Assembly (NCBI GenBank): GCA_043732305.1
Contig: JAYTHU010000177.1
Location: forward strand, 1-61,922
DNA: 61,922 nt
Direction: 5' to 3'
Source of the DNA: Oligoflexia bacterium
GTDB taxonomy: Bacteria > Bdellovibrionota > Bdellovibrionia > JABDDW01
Shown here: piece after piece, positions 9,556 through 19,802 of the stretch
Numbering within the stretch: the first letter of the stretch is position 1
Layout: each line of letters begins with the position of its first letter
Program-made: the position numbers and the translations under genes
Notes under the pieces: generated by a model
The model's input: the letters and a program-made list of their open reading frames with translations, nothing else
What the model was told of the DNA's origin: nothing
The model's database searches: none

Positions 9556-10407
9556 ATGTCAGTGGTAACTATCGATCTCAAACAAAAAGTCATCGTTATC
9601 ACCGGGGGTTCGAGCGGCATAGGTAAAGCCACCGCGCTCGAATGTTTCCGCCAGGGCGCAAACATTGCTATTGTGGCAAACCATCAATATGCGATCGATC
9701 ACACAGTCAAAGAAATTTCCGAATTGAAAGTTGAAGGTAGGGCAATATTTAAAGGTTACTGCTGCGATATCTCCGACAAAGCAGCGGTTACTAAAATCTT
9801 CGACCAAATCTTTACAGATTTCGGCCACGTGGATGTCCTGATCAATAACGCGGGCTTTGCGACCTATCTTACATTCCATGACTCGACGTTGGACGAATTA
9901 GACAGACTTACTCAAGTGAATTATCTTGGGGCTATGTATTGTTCGAAATTAGTCTTGGATCAAATGACAAAACTAAAGTCAGGTCACATTGTCAATGTGG
10001 CCTCAGTGGCAGGAATATTACCTATCACGCCAAATGCTACTTATGGCGCGGCCAAGCAAGCTACGGTGGCATTGACAGAGACACTTCGCAATGAATATGC
10101 GCCTTTTAAAATAAAATTTTCACTTATGCTTCCCGGTCGGGTGGATACAGCCTTTTTTGATCATGAAAGTTTCAAAAAAAGAGGCAAACGCCCAGAACAT
10201 GCGGGAATGTTGACTTCGCATACAATAGCTTTGAAAATTATTGAGCAGATAAAAACGCAGAGAGAACTTGTTATCACACCACGGATCTTTAGAATAATTG
10301 GATGGCTCTATGCTGCTTTCCCAATGATCTGCAAACCGTTTTTGCGCCATGTTTTAAAAAAACGTATTGAAGAATATTATGTGGAACGAGATGGCTCATC
10401 ACGCTGA
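9556..10407 (+). CDS. SDR family oxidoreductase
   Basis: TGGSSGIG, NNAG, YGAAK. Confidence 0.85.
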   Translation: MSVVTIDLKQKVIVITGGSSGIGKATALECFRQGANIAIVANHQYAIDHTVKEISELKVEGRAIFKGYCCDISDKAAVTKIFDQIFTDFGHVDVLINNAGFATYLTFHDSTLDELDRLTQVNYLGAMYCSKLVLDQMTKLKSGHIVNVASVAGILPITPNATYGAAKQATVALTETLRNEYAPFKIKFSLMLPGRVDTAFFDHESFKKRGKRPEHAGMLTSHTIALKIIEQIKTQRELVITPRIFRIIGWLYAAFPMICKPFLRHVLKKRIEEYYVERDGSSR

Positions 10408-11189
10408 GTGGCTGAAACATGAAGTCCTGAAGATAGCCAAGATTTATTCCGTAAAAATTCCGATTCAGCAAAGCAGACCTTATTCGCCCACTCCATAACT
10501 TTATTCAAAAGGCCTACGTTTTTATTTTCGGGATAATAAATAGAATTTTTCTTCCACCACCAGATCGAAAGACTCTTGAGGCTGGTCAAAGCAAAAAAAG
10601 AGGAATCTAAAATAGTGCCGAAGGCATGATAACTGTACGAGACATCACCTATATTAAAATGCTTTGAGAGTACGGTGATGAAAGTTTTTTTCTGGTAAGC
10701 CTGAATATGAGATTTCGTCTTAACGTAAATGTCTTTGCCAAGGAATGCTTTATAAAAACCATATGGAGAAAAACGCTCTCCCTCCATAGGCACAAATAAA
10801 ACCACGCGACCGTTCTTGTTCAACATGGATTTGAAAATCCCGAGAGTTTTTTCTAAGTCAGGAACGTGCTCAAGAACGTCAAGGCTCAAGATAGCGTCAA
10901 ATCTTTGCTTAAAAAACATGCAGTCATCGTTAGAAATGAGAGCAAATTCAAAGTTTTCGTGGGTGTCGGTGGGATTCTGAATATCAACTCCGAAGAGCAC
11001 AAGATCTGGGCGATGAAGGGCCACTGTATTAAGAAGCTTGCCTTCGCCACAACCGAAATCCAAAACTCTGCTGCCTTGAGGCAAATCCAATAACGAATGG
11101 AGCACGCGTTTTGCCTTTAAGGAAGGCAAAGTTTTTGACTCAATATTGACAAGTCCGGTGCCCCATCTTCGCTCTTCCAATTGTGACAT
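10377..11189 (-). CDS. Class I SAM-dependent methyltransferase (ORF track starts at 11261; ATG at 11189 more likely)
   Basis: VLDFGCGEG, DVLEHV; upstream 72 nt are occupied by promoter-like sequence. Confidence 0.8.
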   Translation of the reverse strand: MSQLEERRWGTGLVNIESKTLPSLKAKRVLHSLLDLPQGSRVLDFGCGEGKLLNTVALHRPDLVLFGVDIQNPTDTHENFEFALISNDDCMFFKQRFDAILSLDVLEHVPDLEKTLGIFKSMLNKNGRVVLFVPMEGERFSPYGFYKAFLGKDIYVKTKSHIQAYQKKTFITVLSKHFNIGDVSYSYHAFGTILDSSFFALTSLKSLSIWWWKKNSIYYPENKNVGLLNKVMEWANKVCFAESEFLRNKSWLSSGLHVSATQRDEPSRST

Positions 11190-11208
11190 TTTCTTCCTAA
11201 CCAAGTTG

Positions 11209-11252
11209 TTGACAGATGGGAGTAATGTAGTGATATTCAGAGTGTCTGTCAA
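11209..11252. promoter_or_regulatory. Overlapping divergent sigma70-like promoters
   Basis: + strand TTGACA-17 nt-GATATT; - strand TTGACA-17 nt-TACATT; 8-bp inverted repeat TTGACAGA/TCTGTCAA. Confidence 0.6.
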
Positions 11253-11275
11253 ACCCTCCATTTTTTAGGAAATCA

Positions 11276-11989
11276 ATGTCAGCCAAAACTGTGTCTTGGC
11301 CTAAAAATCCGCCACCAATCACTAAGGAGCAACAAAAGCTTCAGCAGGACTTTTTACGGATTTGGCACGAAGTTCTACCCAAAAAATACGGAATGATTGA
11401 AAAATTCAATCACGCTAATCCCATCGTCGCGAATTCGGTCAAAGCCGGAAAATGCACAACCCTTGAAATTGGGGCTGGACTCGGAGAACATCTCATTTAT
11501 GAAGATCTTAAAAATCAAGATTACACGGCCTTAGAAATTCGACAAGATTTTGTTGATACAATAAAAAATCGATTCCCTAATGTGAGTGCCATTGTCGGTG
11601 ACATTCAAGGGAACATTGATTTGCCTGATAACAAATTTGACCGCATTTTAGGAATTCACGTTCTGGAACATCTACGGAATCTTCCGAGTGCTCTAAAAGA
11701 AATCAAGCGAATGCTGAAACCTGACGGAACTTTTGCCGTGGTAATTCCCTGCGAAGGCGGTCTTGCCTATCAAATAGCTCGAAGAATATCCGCGCAAAGA
11801 ATTTTTGAGAAGAAATTTAAAATTCCCTACGGCCCTATTATTAAAAATGAACATGTGAGTGATGCTTGGGAAATCATGCACGAGTTAAAGAAGTATTTCA
11901 CAATTGAAAAGAGTAGCTATTGGCCACTTCTAATCCCCCTTACTCCGTGCAATCTTGTCATAGCCCTGTCCTGCAAACCACTCATTTAA
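11276..11989 (+). CDS. Class I SAM-dependent methyltransferase
   Basis: LEIGAGLG, HVLEHL, RMLKPDG. Confidence 0.85.
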   Translation: MSAKTVSWPKNPPPITKEQQKLQQDFLRIWHEVLPKKYGMIEKFNHANPIVANSVKAGKCTTLEIGAGLGEHLIYEDLKNQDYTALEIRQDFVDTIKNRFPNVSAIVGDIQGNIDLPDNKFDRILGIHVLEHLRNLPSALKEIKRMLKPDGTFAVVIPCEGGLAYQIARRISAQRIFEKKFKIPYGPIIKNEHVSDAWEIMHELKKYFTIEKSSYWPLLIPLTPCNLVIALSCKPLI

Positions 11990-11990
11990 A

Positions 11991-13673
11991 ATGACAGACT
12001 CCAAACGAGTTCCAATCAAAGCCATCAAAGAATTTTTAGGCCCGCAAGTGGTCACACTTTTTCTTTGGGGAACAGCTGCGGGTCTTGTTCTTTTTGTCAC
12101 TGAAGTTATTTTTGCTTATGGATTACAAGCTTTTTTACTGGTCTTAGGAGTCGCAAACGCGACAGTCGTCGAAATTCCGAATTGGATTCCTCAGACAAAT
12201 CTCAAAACAGTTTTATTCTTTATTTTTGCCGTGGCTTTGGTCAGAGGCGCTCTTCAGTCGATTCAAATTTTTCTTCAGGGACGCGCACCAGAGCAGTTTA
12301 AATATCTTCAAAGATCCCGACTTCTGAACTGGTCCTTTCATGGAAAATCTGTAAGCACCAGCGCAGTAAACACTTTGTTCACGGAACGTTGCAACTTAGC
12401 GGGCAACACCGTCATGTACCTTCAGCAATTTACTATTCAAGGGACCACAAGTTTCTTCATGGTCATCGCTCTGTTTTACATGGCACCGCTGATAACCGTC
12501 ATCGCGTTCTTGTTTCTTTTACTCCTAGCTCTACCGATCAAATACTCCTCTGGGAGAATCGCAAAAGCGGGAGACGGTCTCGCTGAAGAATGGAACAAAA
12601 CAAACAATCGGCTCATCATGAGTATCAAAAATATATTGCTGCTCAAAATTTACGGAATGCAGTTCGAAGAAGAAAAATTGACTCAAGTCAGCCTGAAAAA
12701 GTATGTCAGCCACCTGAGAACCTATTACATCCAATCAGGATTTGTTTTTGGGTTCCCGCAAATTTTTGGGGTACTTCTCATCTGCGTGATTTCTTATACG
12801 GCAAAGAACACTCATCAATTGTCTGTGGGTATATTGATTTCTTATTTCTATCTTTTCGTGCGCTTCTTACAAAACACATCTCAACTTTCTACCGCTATTT
12901 CTAATTACATCTTTCAGAAACCTCAGTTGCAGGCGCTTTTCGATTGGTGGAAAGAACAGTTTCGGAACAAACAGACCACGGAGTGGCAAGGCGCAGACCT
13001 TGCCATTGAACAAAATACCGCAAATAAACCTTTCGCTTGGCAAATGAACAACGTGAGCTTCGGTTACAGTTCCAGCAATTCCATTGTGAAAAACTTCAAT
13101 TTAGACATTCCCGCCGGAACAACGACAGTTCTTTTGGGACCCTCAGGTGCAGGTAAAACCACAATCATAAATTTACTGCTGGGACAACTCACTCCTGATC
13201 AAGGCGACATACAGGTAGAAATCAACGGTAAACATGAATCTATGCAACTCATTAGAGATTCTGTTCTTTCATATATTGGATACGTGGGCGCCGAAAGCTT
13301 TCTTGTTGATGGCACGATTTACGAAAATATCGTCTATGGATTGAGATCAAAACCATCGGATATTGAAATAGATAATGCTTTGCAACAAGCTGAATGCCAG
13401 TTTATTTTAGAACTCCCCGATCGGTTCGAGCATCTCATCAATGATCAAGGTCAAGGATTGTCAGCAGGACAAAAACAGCGGCTGTGTTTGATGAGAGCTT
13501 TACTCAGAAAGCCACTAACACTTATTTTGGACGAAGCTACTGCAAATTTAGATATGGAGACTGAACGCAAACTTGTGACTACTTTGGCCAAACTCAAAGG
13601 TGCCATGACTATCATTGCGGTCACACACCGTCAGGAATTGCTACAAATTGCGGATCAGCAAATAAAAATATGA
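11991..13673 (+). CDS. ABC exporter, fused TMD+NBD (candidate glycan flippase, PglK/Wzk-like role)
   Basis: N-terminal TM helices; GPSGAGKTT, LSAGQKQR, ILDEAT, VTHR. Confidence 0.9.
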   Translation: MTDSKRVPIKAIKEFLGPQVVTLFLWGTAAGLVLFVTEVIFAYGLQAFLLVLGVANATVVEIPNWIPQTNLKTVLFFIFAVALVRGALQSIQIFLQGRAPEQFKYLQRSRLLNWSFHGKSVSTSAVNTLFTERCNLAGNTVMYLQQFTIQGTTSFFMVIALFYMAPLITVIAFLFLLLLALPIKYSSGRIAKAGDGLAEEWNKTNNRLIMSIKNILLLKIYGMQFEEEKLTQVSLKKYVSHLRTYYIQSGFVFGFPQIFGVLLICVISYTAKNTHQLSVGILISYFYLFVRFLQNTSQLSTAISNYIFQKPQLQALFDWWKEQFRNKQTTEWQGADLAIEQNTANKPFAWQMNNVSFGYSSSNSIVKNFNLDIPAGTTTVLLGPSGAGKTTIINLLLGQLTPDQGDIQVEINGKHESMQLIRDSVLSYIGYVGAESFLVDGTIYENIVYGLRSKPSDIEIDNALQQAECQFILELPDRFEHLINDQGQGLSAGQKQRLCLMRALLRKPLTLILDEATANLDMETERKLVTTLAKLKGAMTIIAVTHRQELLQIADQQIKI

Positions 13674-15415
13674 ATAAAAAAATAATTCTCTTTCTTGGAA
13701 TAGTTTCAGCCATCGCGCTACCTCTCCTCCCTTTTTTGCCAATGCACAATTTCTTATCTGGGGATTACGTTGACACTCACTGGATGGCTCGCTACTTTAC
13801 GGAATATTTGAAAGTACATCATCACTTCCCGATGGTCTACAATACTTTTCGGGCCGTGAATGTGATATGGCCGATTTTTTATGGATTTCTCTTTTTTCCA
13901 CTGATTTCAATTCTCGCAACTTTGACTGGCGTCGACTTCGCCTTCCGTATTTTATTTATTTTATTGTGGACGCTTAAATTCGCTCTATCTTTCATTCTCG
14001 TAAAAAAATTAACTCAAGATAAACTTTTGAGCATTTCTATTGCCTGCATGGTTATCTGGACACTTTATCCACTGACAAATCTTTTCGGTCGCGGCGCAAT
14101 TGGAGAAGTTGTTGCTACAGATTTTATGTTCTGTGGACTATGCTCTTGGTTTTTATTTCTAATTGCCACCCAGACTACTTCGCGAATTCTATTTGGGCTC
14201 TTGATGGGGTTGTGTGTGACCGTGGGAATGGCGAGCCACGCCATCAGTTTATTTTTTGGCACCTGGTTCTTCTTACTTATTGGGGTAGGTAGCCTGCCAT
14301 TTATATTAAAGCAGGAAGCGGTAAGGAGAAGGCAAATTCTTGCCATTCTTCTCCTAAATTTAATTCTTTGTGCAACTGTACTGTCGCCGTGGATATACGT
14401 CAATTTACATTTCTCAAATATTCTAGCCCACAAACTTGATTACAATATGTACTGGAGGCGATCCATCGACTCACTTCTTGGTCGGTTCTCACCTCTACCC
14501 ATCCACTGGCAAATGTTTTTCTTGAATATCGACGGTGGGGAATATTACGTGGATGCAGAAGCCAATACTCCCCTACTTATTTTGGCAGTAGGAATATTCT
14601 TTGCTGAGAGGAAAAAACTAAAACTCTCACTCACTAAAAACCCAATCTGGTTTTTATTTTTGACATCTTTTTTAGTCTTTGGATTTGCCACCTTTGTGTC
14701 GATGAGCTACTCCCACAGAGATGTCTTTGCGACAATCGCAAGCTTCGCACAATTTCATTTTCGTTTTGTGACTTATATAAATATGGCCATATTTTCTGGC
14801 TTGATGGCACTTTTAATCGTTTATAAGGATTTGAAAGTTTCAAAGAAACTCGTTGTCTGGTGTCTGTCTTTGTCTTTGATTGGCTGCTTGATCAAATCAT
14901 TTAATGGAGTAACCCAATACAATTTCGATCCCGCGACCATAAAAGCCGCAGAACCATATTTGTCTTTTGAGAAGGACAAAAACAAGGTTTTGCTTTATCC
15001 TTTCAATAGCTACGGATATTTTGCGGCATCCGAACCAGAATATAAGACATTAGGCGAAACTGAACTTAGAGACCTCCAAATCCTAAATATTCCAGTTTTA
15101 CAGTCAGAGAAATTTGGAGACATCCGACCCGTTTCTTTTAATGTGGCAGGCAAAAAGCCAAAATGGCTTGAGACCAATATTTATAGGTTTCCTTGGACAA
15201 AGGTAAAACTGGATGGCCAGGAACTAGGTCCAAAGGATCTTCGCATCGTCACATTGAGCTACGTGTTCAAAGCCATTCCGGGGAACCACATTGTCGAGTC
15301 AGAGTTTGCGCCTCCCACTCTTTGGTTGGGCCTCCGCAAGCTTTCTTTTATCGCTGTCTCGATTTGGTCACTTCTAGTGGGATGCTTTCTGTTTTCTTAT
15401 TTTAAGCGAACATAA
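13670..15415 (+). CDS. Multi-pass membrane protein, YfhO/GT-C-like (paralogue of 30334 and 35863 genes)
   Basis: About 12 hydrophobic segments; LSPW, QFHFRF, C-terminal periplasmic FPWTKVKLDG...PGNH domain and final TM helix. Confidence 0.6.
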   Translation: MNKKIILFLGIVSAIALPLLPFLPMHNFLSGDYVDTHWMARYFTEYLKVHHHFPMVYNTFRAVNVIWPIFYGFLFFPLISILATLTGVDFAFRILFILLWTLKFALSFILVKKLTQDKLLSISIACMVIWTLYPLTNLFGRGAIGEVVATDFMFCGLCSWFLFLIATQTTSRILFGLLMGLCVTVGMASHAISLFFGTWFFLLIGVGSLPFILKQEAVRRRQILAILLLNLILCATVLSPWIYVNLHFSNILAHKLDYNMYWRRSIDSLLGRFSPLPIHWQMFFLNIDGGEYYVDAEANTPLLILAVGIFFAERKKLKLSLTKNPIWFLFLTSFLVFGFATFVSMSYSHRDVFATIASFAQFHFRFVTYINMAIFSGLMALLIVYKDLKVSKKLVVWCLSLSLIGCLIKSFNGVTQYNFDPATIKAAEPYLSFEKDKNKVLLYPFNSYGYFAASEPEYKTLGETELRDLQILNIPVLQSEKFGDIRPVSFNVAGKKPKWLETNIYRFPWTKVKLDGQELGPKDLRIVTLSYVFKAIPGNHIVESEFAPPTLWLGLRKLSFIAVSIWSLLVGCFLFSYFKRT

Positions 15416-15436
15416 AGTAAGTTATTATTTTGCATA

Positions 15437-17359
15437 ATGTGCGGCATCACCGGTTTTTTTGGAAATTCAGAAATTAGTTTAGAGCGTTATTACCTAGCGC
15501 ATAAAACACTGGACCATCGCGGCCCTGATGACGAAGGCTTTTTAACTCTTTCCGATTCAGGGGCTGGTTTAAGTTTTGATCTAGAGAATCTAGCGGGTGA
15601 CAAAACAATCCCCGAAAGAAAAAACTTAAAAAATATCCGAGATTTCAAATCAGCTCTTGCCTGTCTTGGCCATCATAGACTTAAGATCGTGGATCTTTCT
15701 CCCGGGGGCCATCAACCGATGGCAACCTCTGACAACCGCTTTCACATAATATACAACGGGGAGGTTTATAATTACATCGAACTTCGCGATGAATTAAGAT
15801 CTTTAAATCATGTGTTTGAAACTACTTCCGACACCGAAGTGATCCTCAAAGCATTTTCTCAATGGGGAGTTGAATGTTTTAATAAATTCAACGGCATGTG
15901 GGCTCTCGTGATTTACGACAGCTTGCAGAGGAAATTCTATTTATCGAAAGACCGATTTGGAATCAAGCCCCTCTATTTATATCGCGACCATGACACATTG
16001 TATTTCGCTTCTGAATTGAGATTTTTCAAGGCCATGGGATTGCGTATGACTTTGAACAAAAACTCGACAGCAGATTTTTTGCGCTACTCTTTTTTAAATC
16101 AAAACGAAAACACCTTTTACAATGAAATTGAAGCCCTTGCTCCTGCGCACTGCTACACGTTCGATGTGAATGGAAAGTTTTTAGAAAAGCATTGCTTTTG
16201 GAAGCTAAACACTTCTGTAGACGAATCGCTTGCCTTCGACGACGCTAAAACTAAATTACAGGAACTCTTCAGATCGTCTCTCGAACTTAGAATGAGAAGC
16301 GACGTTCCTGTGGGGACACTTTTGAGTGGTGGACTCGACTCCACCAGCATTGTCTGCAACCTGGTACGTAACTTCAAACTTCCAGGAGATAAGCTCGAAT
16401 CTTTTTCCGCAGTTTTTGATGAGACCGAATTTTCAGAAAAAATTTATATCGATAAAACAGTTTCTAAAAACTCAAAAATCAAAGCTCACTTTATCAAACC
16501 CACGGTGGAGGGAGTCAAACAGGAATTCCTTGATCTTATCCAAGCATTGGAAATACCGGTGAGAAGTCTTGCGACTTATTCCCAATACAAGCTGTATCAG
16601 TATATTAACGCGCAAACTGATATTGTGGTGCTTTTGAACGGCCAAGGGGCCGACGAGGAATTTGCCGGCTATAGCGCCCACTACTCTATGTATTTTTCTG
16701 AACTAGCTACTTCGGGTAATCTGACGAGTCTTTTGCGAGAAGTGCAGGCTCTTAACACTGTCCGGCCAGGCATTAAAACATCCATTGCATTCGAGATAGT
16801 TAGGAATTTAGCACCTAATTTTGTGAGAAATCGCAAATTAAGAAAGACTCTTTTTCCAGATGCTACGCCCGTGAGCAGAGCTTTTAATTTCGAAAGAACT
16901 TTAAGTGGAAGCTTGAAGTTTGATCTACATGTGTCAGCACTACCTGAATATCTCCATTATGAAGACAGAAATTCCATGCATTTTTCGAAAGAAGGACGAC
17001 TTCCTTTTCTTGATTACCGCATTGTCGAGTTTGCTTTTTCACTCCCCTCAAAATTTAAGATCAAGAACGGCAAAAATAAATTTATCTTGAGAGAAGCCGT
17101 TAAGGAATTTGCCACTCCAGAAGTATTGAGCAGAACAGACAAAATGGGATTCACTTCCCCGCAGAAGAAGTGGGAAAGGGAAAATCTAAAAAGTTGGATG
17201 GCCGAAACTATTTTGACCGCAGATGCTTCAGGAGTTTATGACCAGAAAAAAATTGTAGAGCTCTATGAAAATAATGAGAAATCATTTCAGCAAAAAAATC
17301 AGGATATCTTATGGCGAGTCTTTTGTTTTAAGACTTGGTACAAACTCAATTTTTCCTAA
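15437..17359 (+). CDS. asnB: Asparagine synthase (glutamine-hydrolysing) family amidotransferase
   Basis: MCGITG, HRGPDDEG, DRFGIKPLY, LLSGGLDS, GQGADE, EDRNSM, RLPFLD. Confidence 0.92.
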   Translation: MCGITGFFGNSEISLERYYLAHKTLDHRGPDDEGFLTLSDSGAGLSFDLENLAGDKTIPERKNLKNIRDFKSALACLGHHRLKIVDLSPGGHQPMATSDNRFHIIYNGEVYNYIELRDELRSLNHVFETTSDTEVILKAFSQWGVECFNKFNGMWALVIYDSLQRKFYLSKDRFGIKPLYLYRDHDTLYFASELRFFKAMGLRMTLNKNSTADFLRYSFLNQNENTFYNEIEALAPAHCYTFDVNGKFLEKHCFWKLNTSVDESLAFDDAKTKLQELFRSSLELRMRSDVPVGTLLSGGLDSTSIVCNLVRNFKLPGDKLESFSAVFDETEFSEKIYIDKTVSKNSKIKAHFIKPTVEGVKQEFLDLIQALEIPVRSLATYSQYKLYQYINAQTDIVVLLNGQGADEEFAGYSAHYSMYFSELATSGNLTSLLREVQALNTVRPGIKTSIAFEIVRNLAPNFVRNRKLRKTLFPDATPVSRAFNFERTLSGSLKFDLHVSALPEYLHYEDRNSMHFSKEGRLPFLDYRIVEFAFSLPSKFKIKNGKNKFILREAVKEFATPEVLSRTDKMGFTSPQKKWERENLKSWMAETILTADASGVYDQKKIVELYENNEKSFQQKNQDILWRVFCFKTWYKLNFS

Positions 17360-18786
17360 CGCCAAAAAAGGGCCGCCTCGGCCAATCGACTACCTAATTT
17401 TTCTTGATAATTCGAATCACCACAATTTTTCTTTTTAAGCTCCTCGATGATTTGTTTTGCCCCGACAAGTTCCGTAGTTATCTTAAGACGAGGCTCTTGG
17501 GCACACGCCCAATTTCCGAGATCGTTCTGCGGTATCAACAATTTGATTACGGCCTTTTTCATTGGAGTTCCTTCAACCTGAAAAACGCCCAATGAAGAAT
17601 GTAAAATAAGATAAGCGATCATCACGGGAGCCCAGATTCTAAAATTTCGAGGCCTCAAGAATTGAAAAAACAACGCAACGCCAATCACCGCGAATACTTC
17701 CATATGACGATAAGTGAAAGCGTGAATCATCCCATGTTGTTTCATAAAAAATTGCCAGAACACAGACCCGATTAAACTTGCGAGAAAAAGTCCTAACCAA
17801 AATCCATTTCGGTTTTTCTTGAGAATCGTAAACCACCCCACACAAGCCAATATCAAGAATGGAAAGGTGAAGAACCACTGCACGCCTAAAAGGAATTTGC
17901 CAAAATGCCTTGCCCCATTATAAGTGACGTGCACCGGACCAACCACGTGACCTGCCCGAGTCATGAATGCATCCAGAAAGTCAGTCACGGCCGAATGGAA
18001 GCCTCCTAAAACGAGGCCATTTTTACAAACATGCAAGGTGAATCCAGCGATATCACCGATAACCGCCGCAAGCATAAGTGCAATTCCCCAAGTCCAACGA
18101 TCTCTGCCGGGGATCGTGAAAAAGCACACTAGGCCTAAAATCAACATCGGCGGAATCAAATCGATGGAAAACCAAGATGCGACTATCCCCAGTACTAAGA
18201 ATGTGAATGCAAATTTTATGTAAGAGACAGACTTCTTTTCTTTCACAAGCTTGAACAAAATAAATATCTGGTAAAGGAAAAACCAATGGAAAAATGTAAA
18301 GTAGGCGTGACCATGCAAGTTGTCCGCGAAGAATAAAAAATTTGGTGTTAGCACAAAAAAAGAAAAAGCGATCAAAGCCGGCCAGTGATCAAATAATCCC
18401 GATAAAAATTTCCAAGCGAAAAATGATCCGACTATAGAAAACAAGAGTCCAAAGACCTGATGATACAATCGATTTTCGAGTCCTAATCTGAAGAGCACAC
18501 CCTGCATGAGATCAGGACCGGCAGGATAGTGAAAATAGAACGGTGTGTTGTGTGGATCAACAGGAAATGAAGGCACTTCTTCCACACCGGTCACTTGGAT
18601 GGGGACCCCGCGCATTCTGAGAAATCCTAATTTATTAAAGTTTTTGCCACCATACCAAGCGGCGTCGTTAGAGGGACCATCGCCATAGTAGTGGCCACGA
18701 TCGACAAAATGGACGGCGATAAAAAATGAAAATGAAAAACTTAGTAAGATGATGAAGGTGAGAAATATCTTTTGATTTATATTCAT
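17356..18786 (-). CDS. Membrane protein, ArnT/PMT (GT-C)-like glycosyltransferase
   Basis: Multi-TM; periplasmic loop with FYFHYPAGP; located in glycan locus. Confidence 0.55.
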   Translation of the reverse strand: MNINQKIFLTFIILLSFSFSFFIAVHFVDRGHYYGDGPSNDAAWYGGKNFNKLGFLRMRGVPIQVTGVEEVPSFPVDPHNTPFYFHYPAGPDLMQGVLFRLGLENRLYHQVFGLLFSIVGSFFAWKFLSGLFDHWPALIAFSFFVLTPNFLFFADNLHGHAYFTFFHWFFLYQIFILFKLVKEKKSVSYIKFAFTFLVLGIVASWFSIDLIPPMLILGLVCFFTIPGRDRWTWGIALMLAAVIGDIAGFTLHVCKNGLVLGGFHSAVTDFLDAFMTRAGHVVGPVHVTYNGARHFGKFLLGVQWFFTFPFLILACVGWFTILKKNRNGFWLGLFLASLIGSVFWQFFMKQHGMIHAFTYRHMEVFAVIGVALFFQFLRPRNFRIWAPVMIAYLILHSSLGVFQVEGTPMKKAVIKLLIPQNDLGNWACAQEPRLKITTELVGAKQIIEELKKKNCGDSNYQEKLGSRLAEAALFWR

Positions 18787-19802
18787 TTGATGTCTTCCAA
18801 GTTTATAGAGGGAATTTTAAGAATCCAGCTTTTCCCTAGTGTGGAACGGATGTCTCCGGTTTTTTCAAGACCCTTAGGGTGCGTCACCGTGACAAAAATT
18901 CCTAGTGCATCAATGTTGTAATCACGAATCAATTGATTACCTTCCTCAATAGATTTTTCTGTCTCTAAACTTAAAACGCCTATTCCCGGACTTCTCAATT
19001 TATTAATAAATCTCTGTAAAAAGTTAGTTCGGCTTGAAAGCATATTTCTACCGTCTCCAAAAACTTCAAATCGCTTCTTTTGAGTGCCCCCTACCAACCG
19101 TTTTAAAAATGATTTCCGATAAGTGGTGACAGGAATTTCGGTCATTGGTCCTGCCGAATTTTCATGGATGGAACAGTTATCAAATTTCCAAGTTTGATGT
19201 TTCATTTCTACTTTACTGAAATCAAAAGGCTGAAGTGCATTTGGAAATCTCAGGCCCGGAACCACGCTAGAATCGTACTTAATATCTTGCTGAAGCAAAG
19301 AGTCTTTTATTTTCGAAAACGGTTCAACACACCAGCCGCCGGCTCTGAATATTTTCGGAACAACGCCCGAAATATCCTGTACGATTTGACAGTTCTCGCG
19401 AATCAGTTGAGAGATCTCAGACATATCAAGACTTTGCAACGTGTAATGTTTGTAGTGCGGGAATGTCCACTGATTGGTGCTTTCATCATACAAAGCGTCT
19501 AGCCAATGAGGATGAAGATGAAGTTCTATACTGAACCCTTGCGCAACTGCTTGTTTCAATTGCTTAATTATCGTCTGATAGTCGGAAACGGCACGACTAC
19601 TTTTGATAGTTGCAAGTCTCATCAAATACATTGAATCCAAAAACAGCACACCACTAAGATTATGTTTCTCAAAAAATTCTAGGATGAGATTCATCGGCTG
19701 AATCAAGCATTTCTCTGGAGTTCCCGATTCCGATCCAAAATAAAGTTCATAGTCAAAGGTGTGGAAGGCTTTCATTTTCAAATCACTCTCCATATGAACC
19801 AA
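18783..19802 (-). CDS. Polysaccharide deacetylase-like (CE4/NodB fold)
   Basis: TFDYELYFG, LHLHPHW, FRAGGW, YDSSV, EIPVTT. Confidence 0.85.
   Translation of the reverse strand: MVHMESDLKMKAFHTFDYELYFGSESGTPEKCLIQPMNLILEFFEKHNLSGVLFLDSMYLMRLATIKSSRAVSDYQTIIKQLKQAVAQGFSIELHLHPHWLDALYDESTNQWTFPHYKHYTLQSLDMSEISQLIRENCQIVQDISGVVPKIFRAGGWCVEPFSKIKDSLLQQDIKYDSSVVPGLRFPNALQPFDFSKVEMKHQTWKFDNCSIHENSAGPMTEIPVTTYRKSFLKRLVGGTQKKRFEVFGDGRNMLSSRTNFLQRFINKLRSPGIGVLSLETEKSIEEGNQLIRDYNIDALGIFVTVTHPKGLEKTGDIRSTLGKSWILKIPSINLEDIK

Noticed and set aside
11209..11252. Invertible promoter flanked by inverted repeats
   Set aside because: The repeat is only 8 bp and is explained by two -35 boxes; no invertase is in the window.
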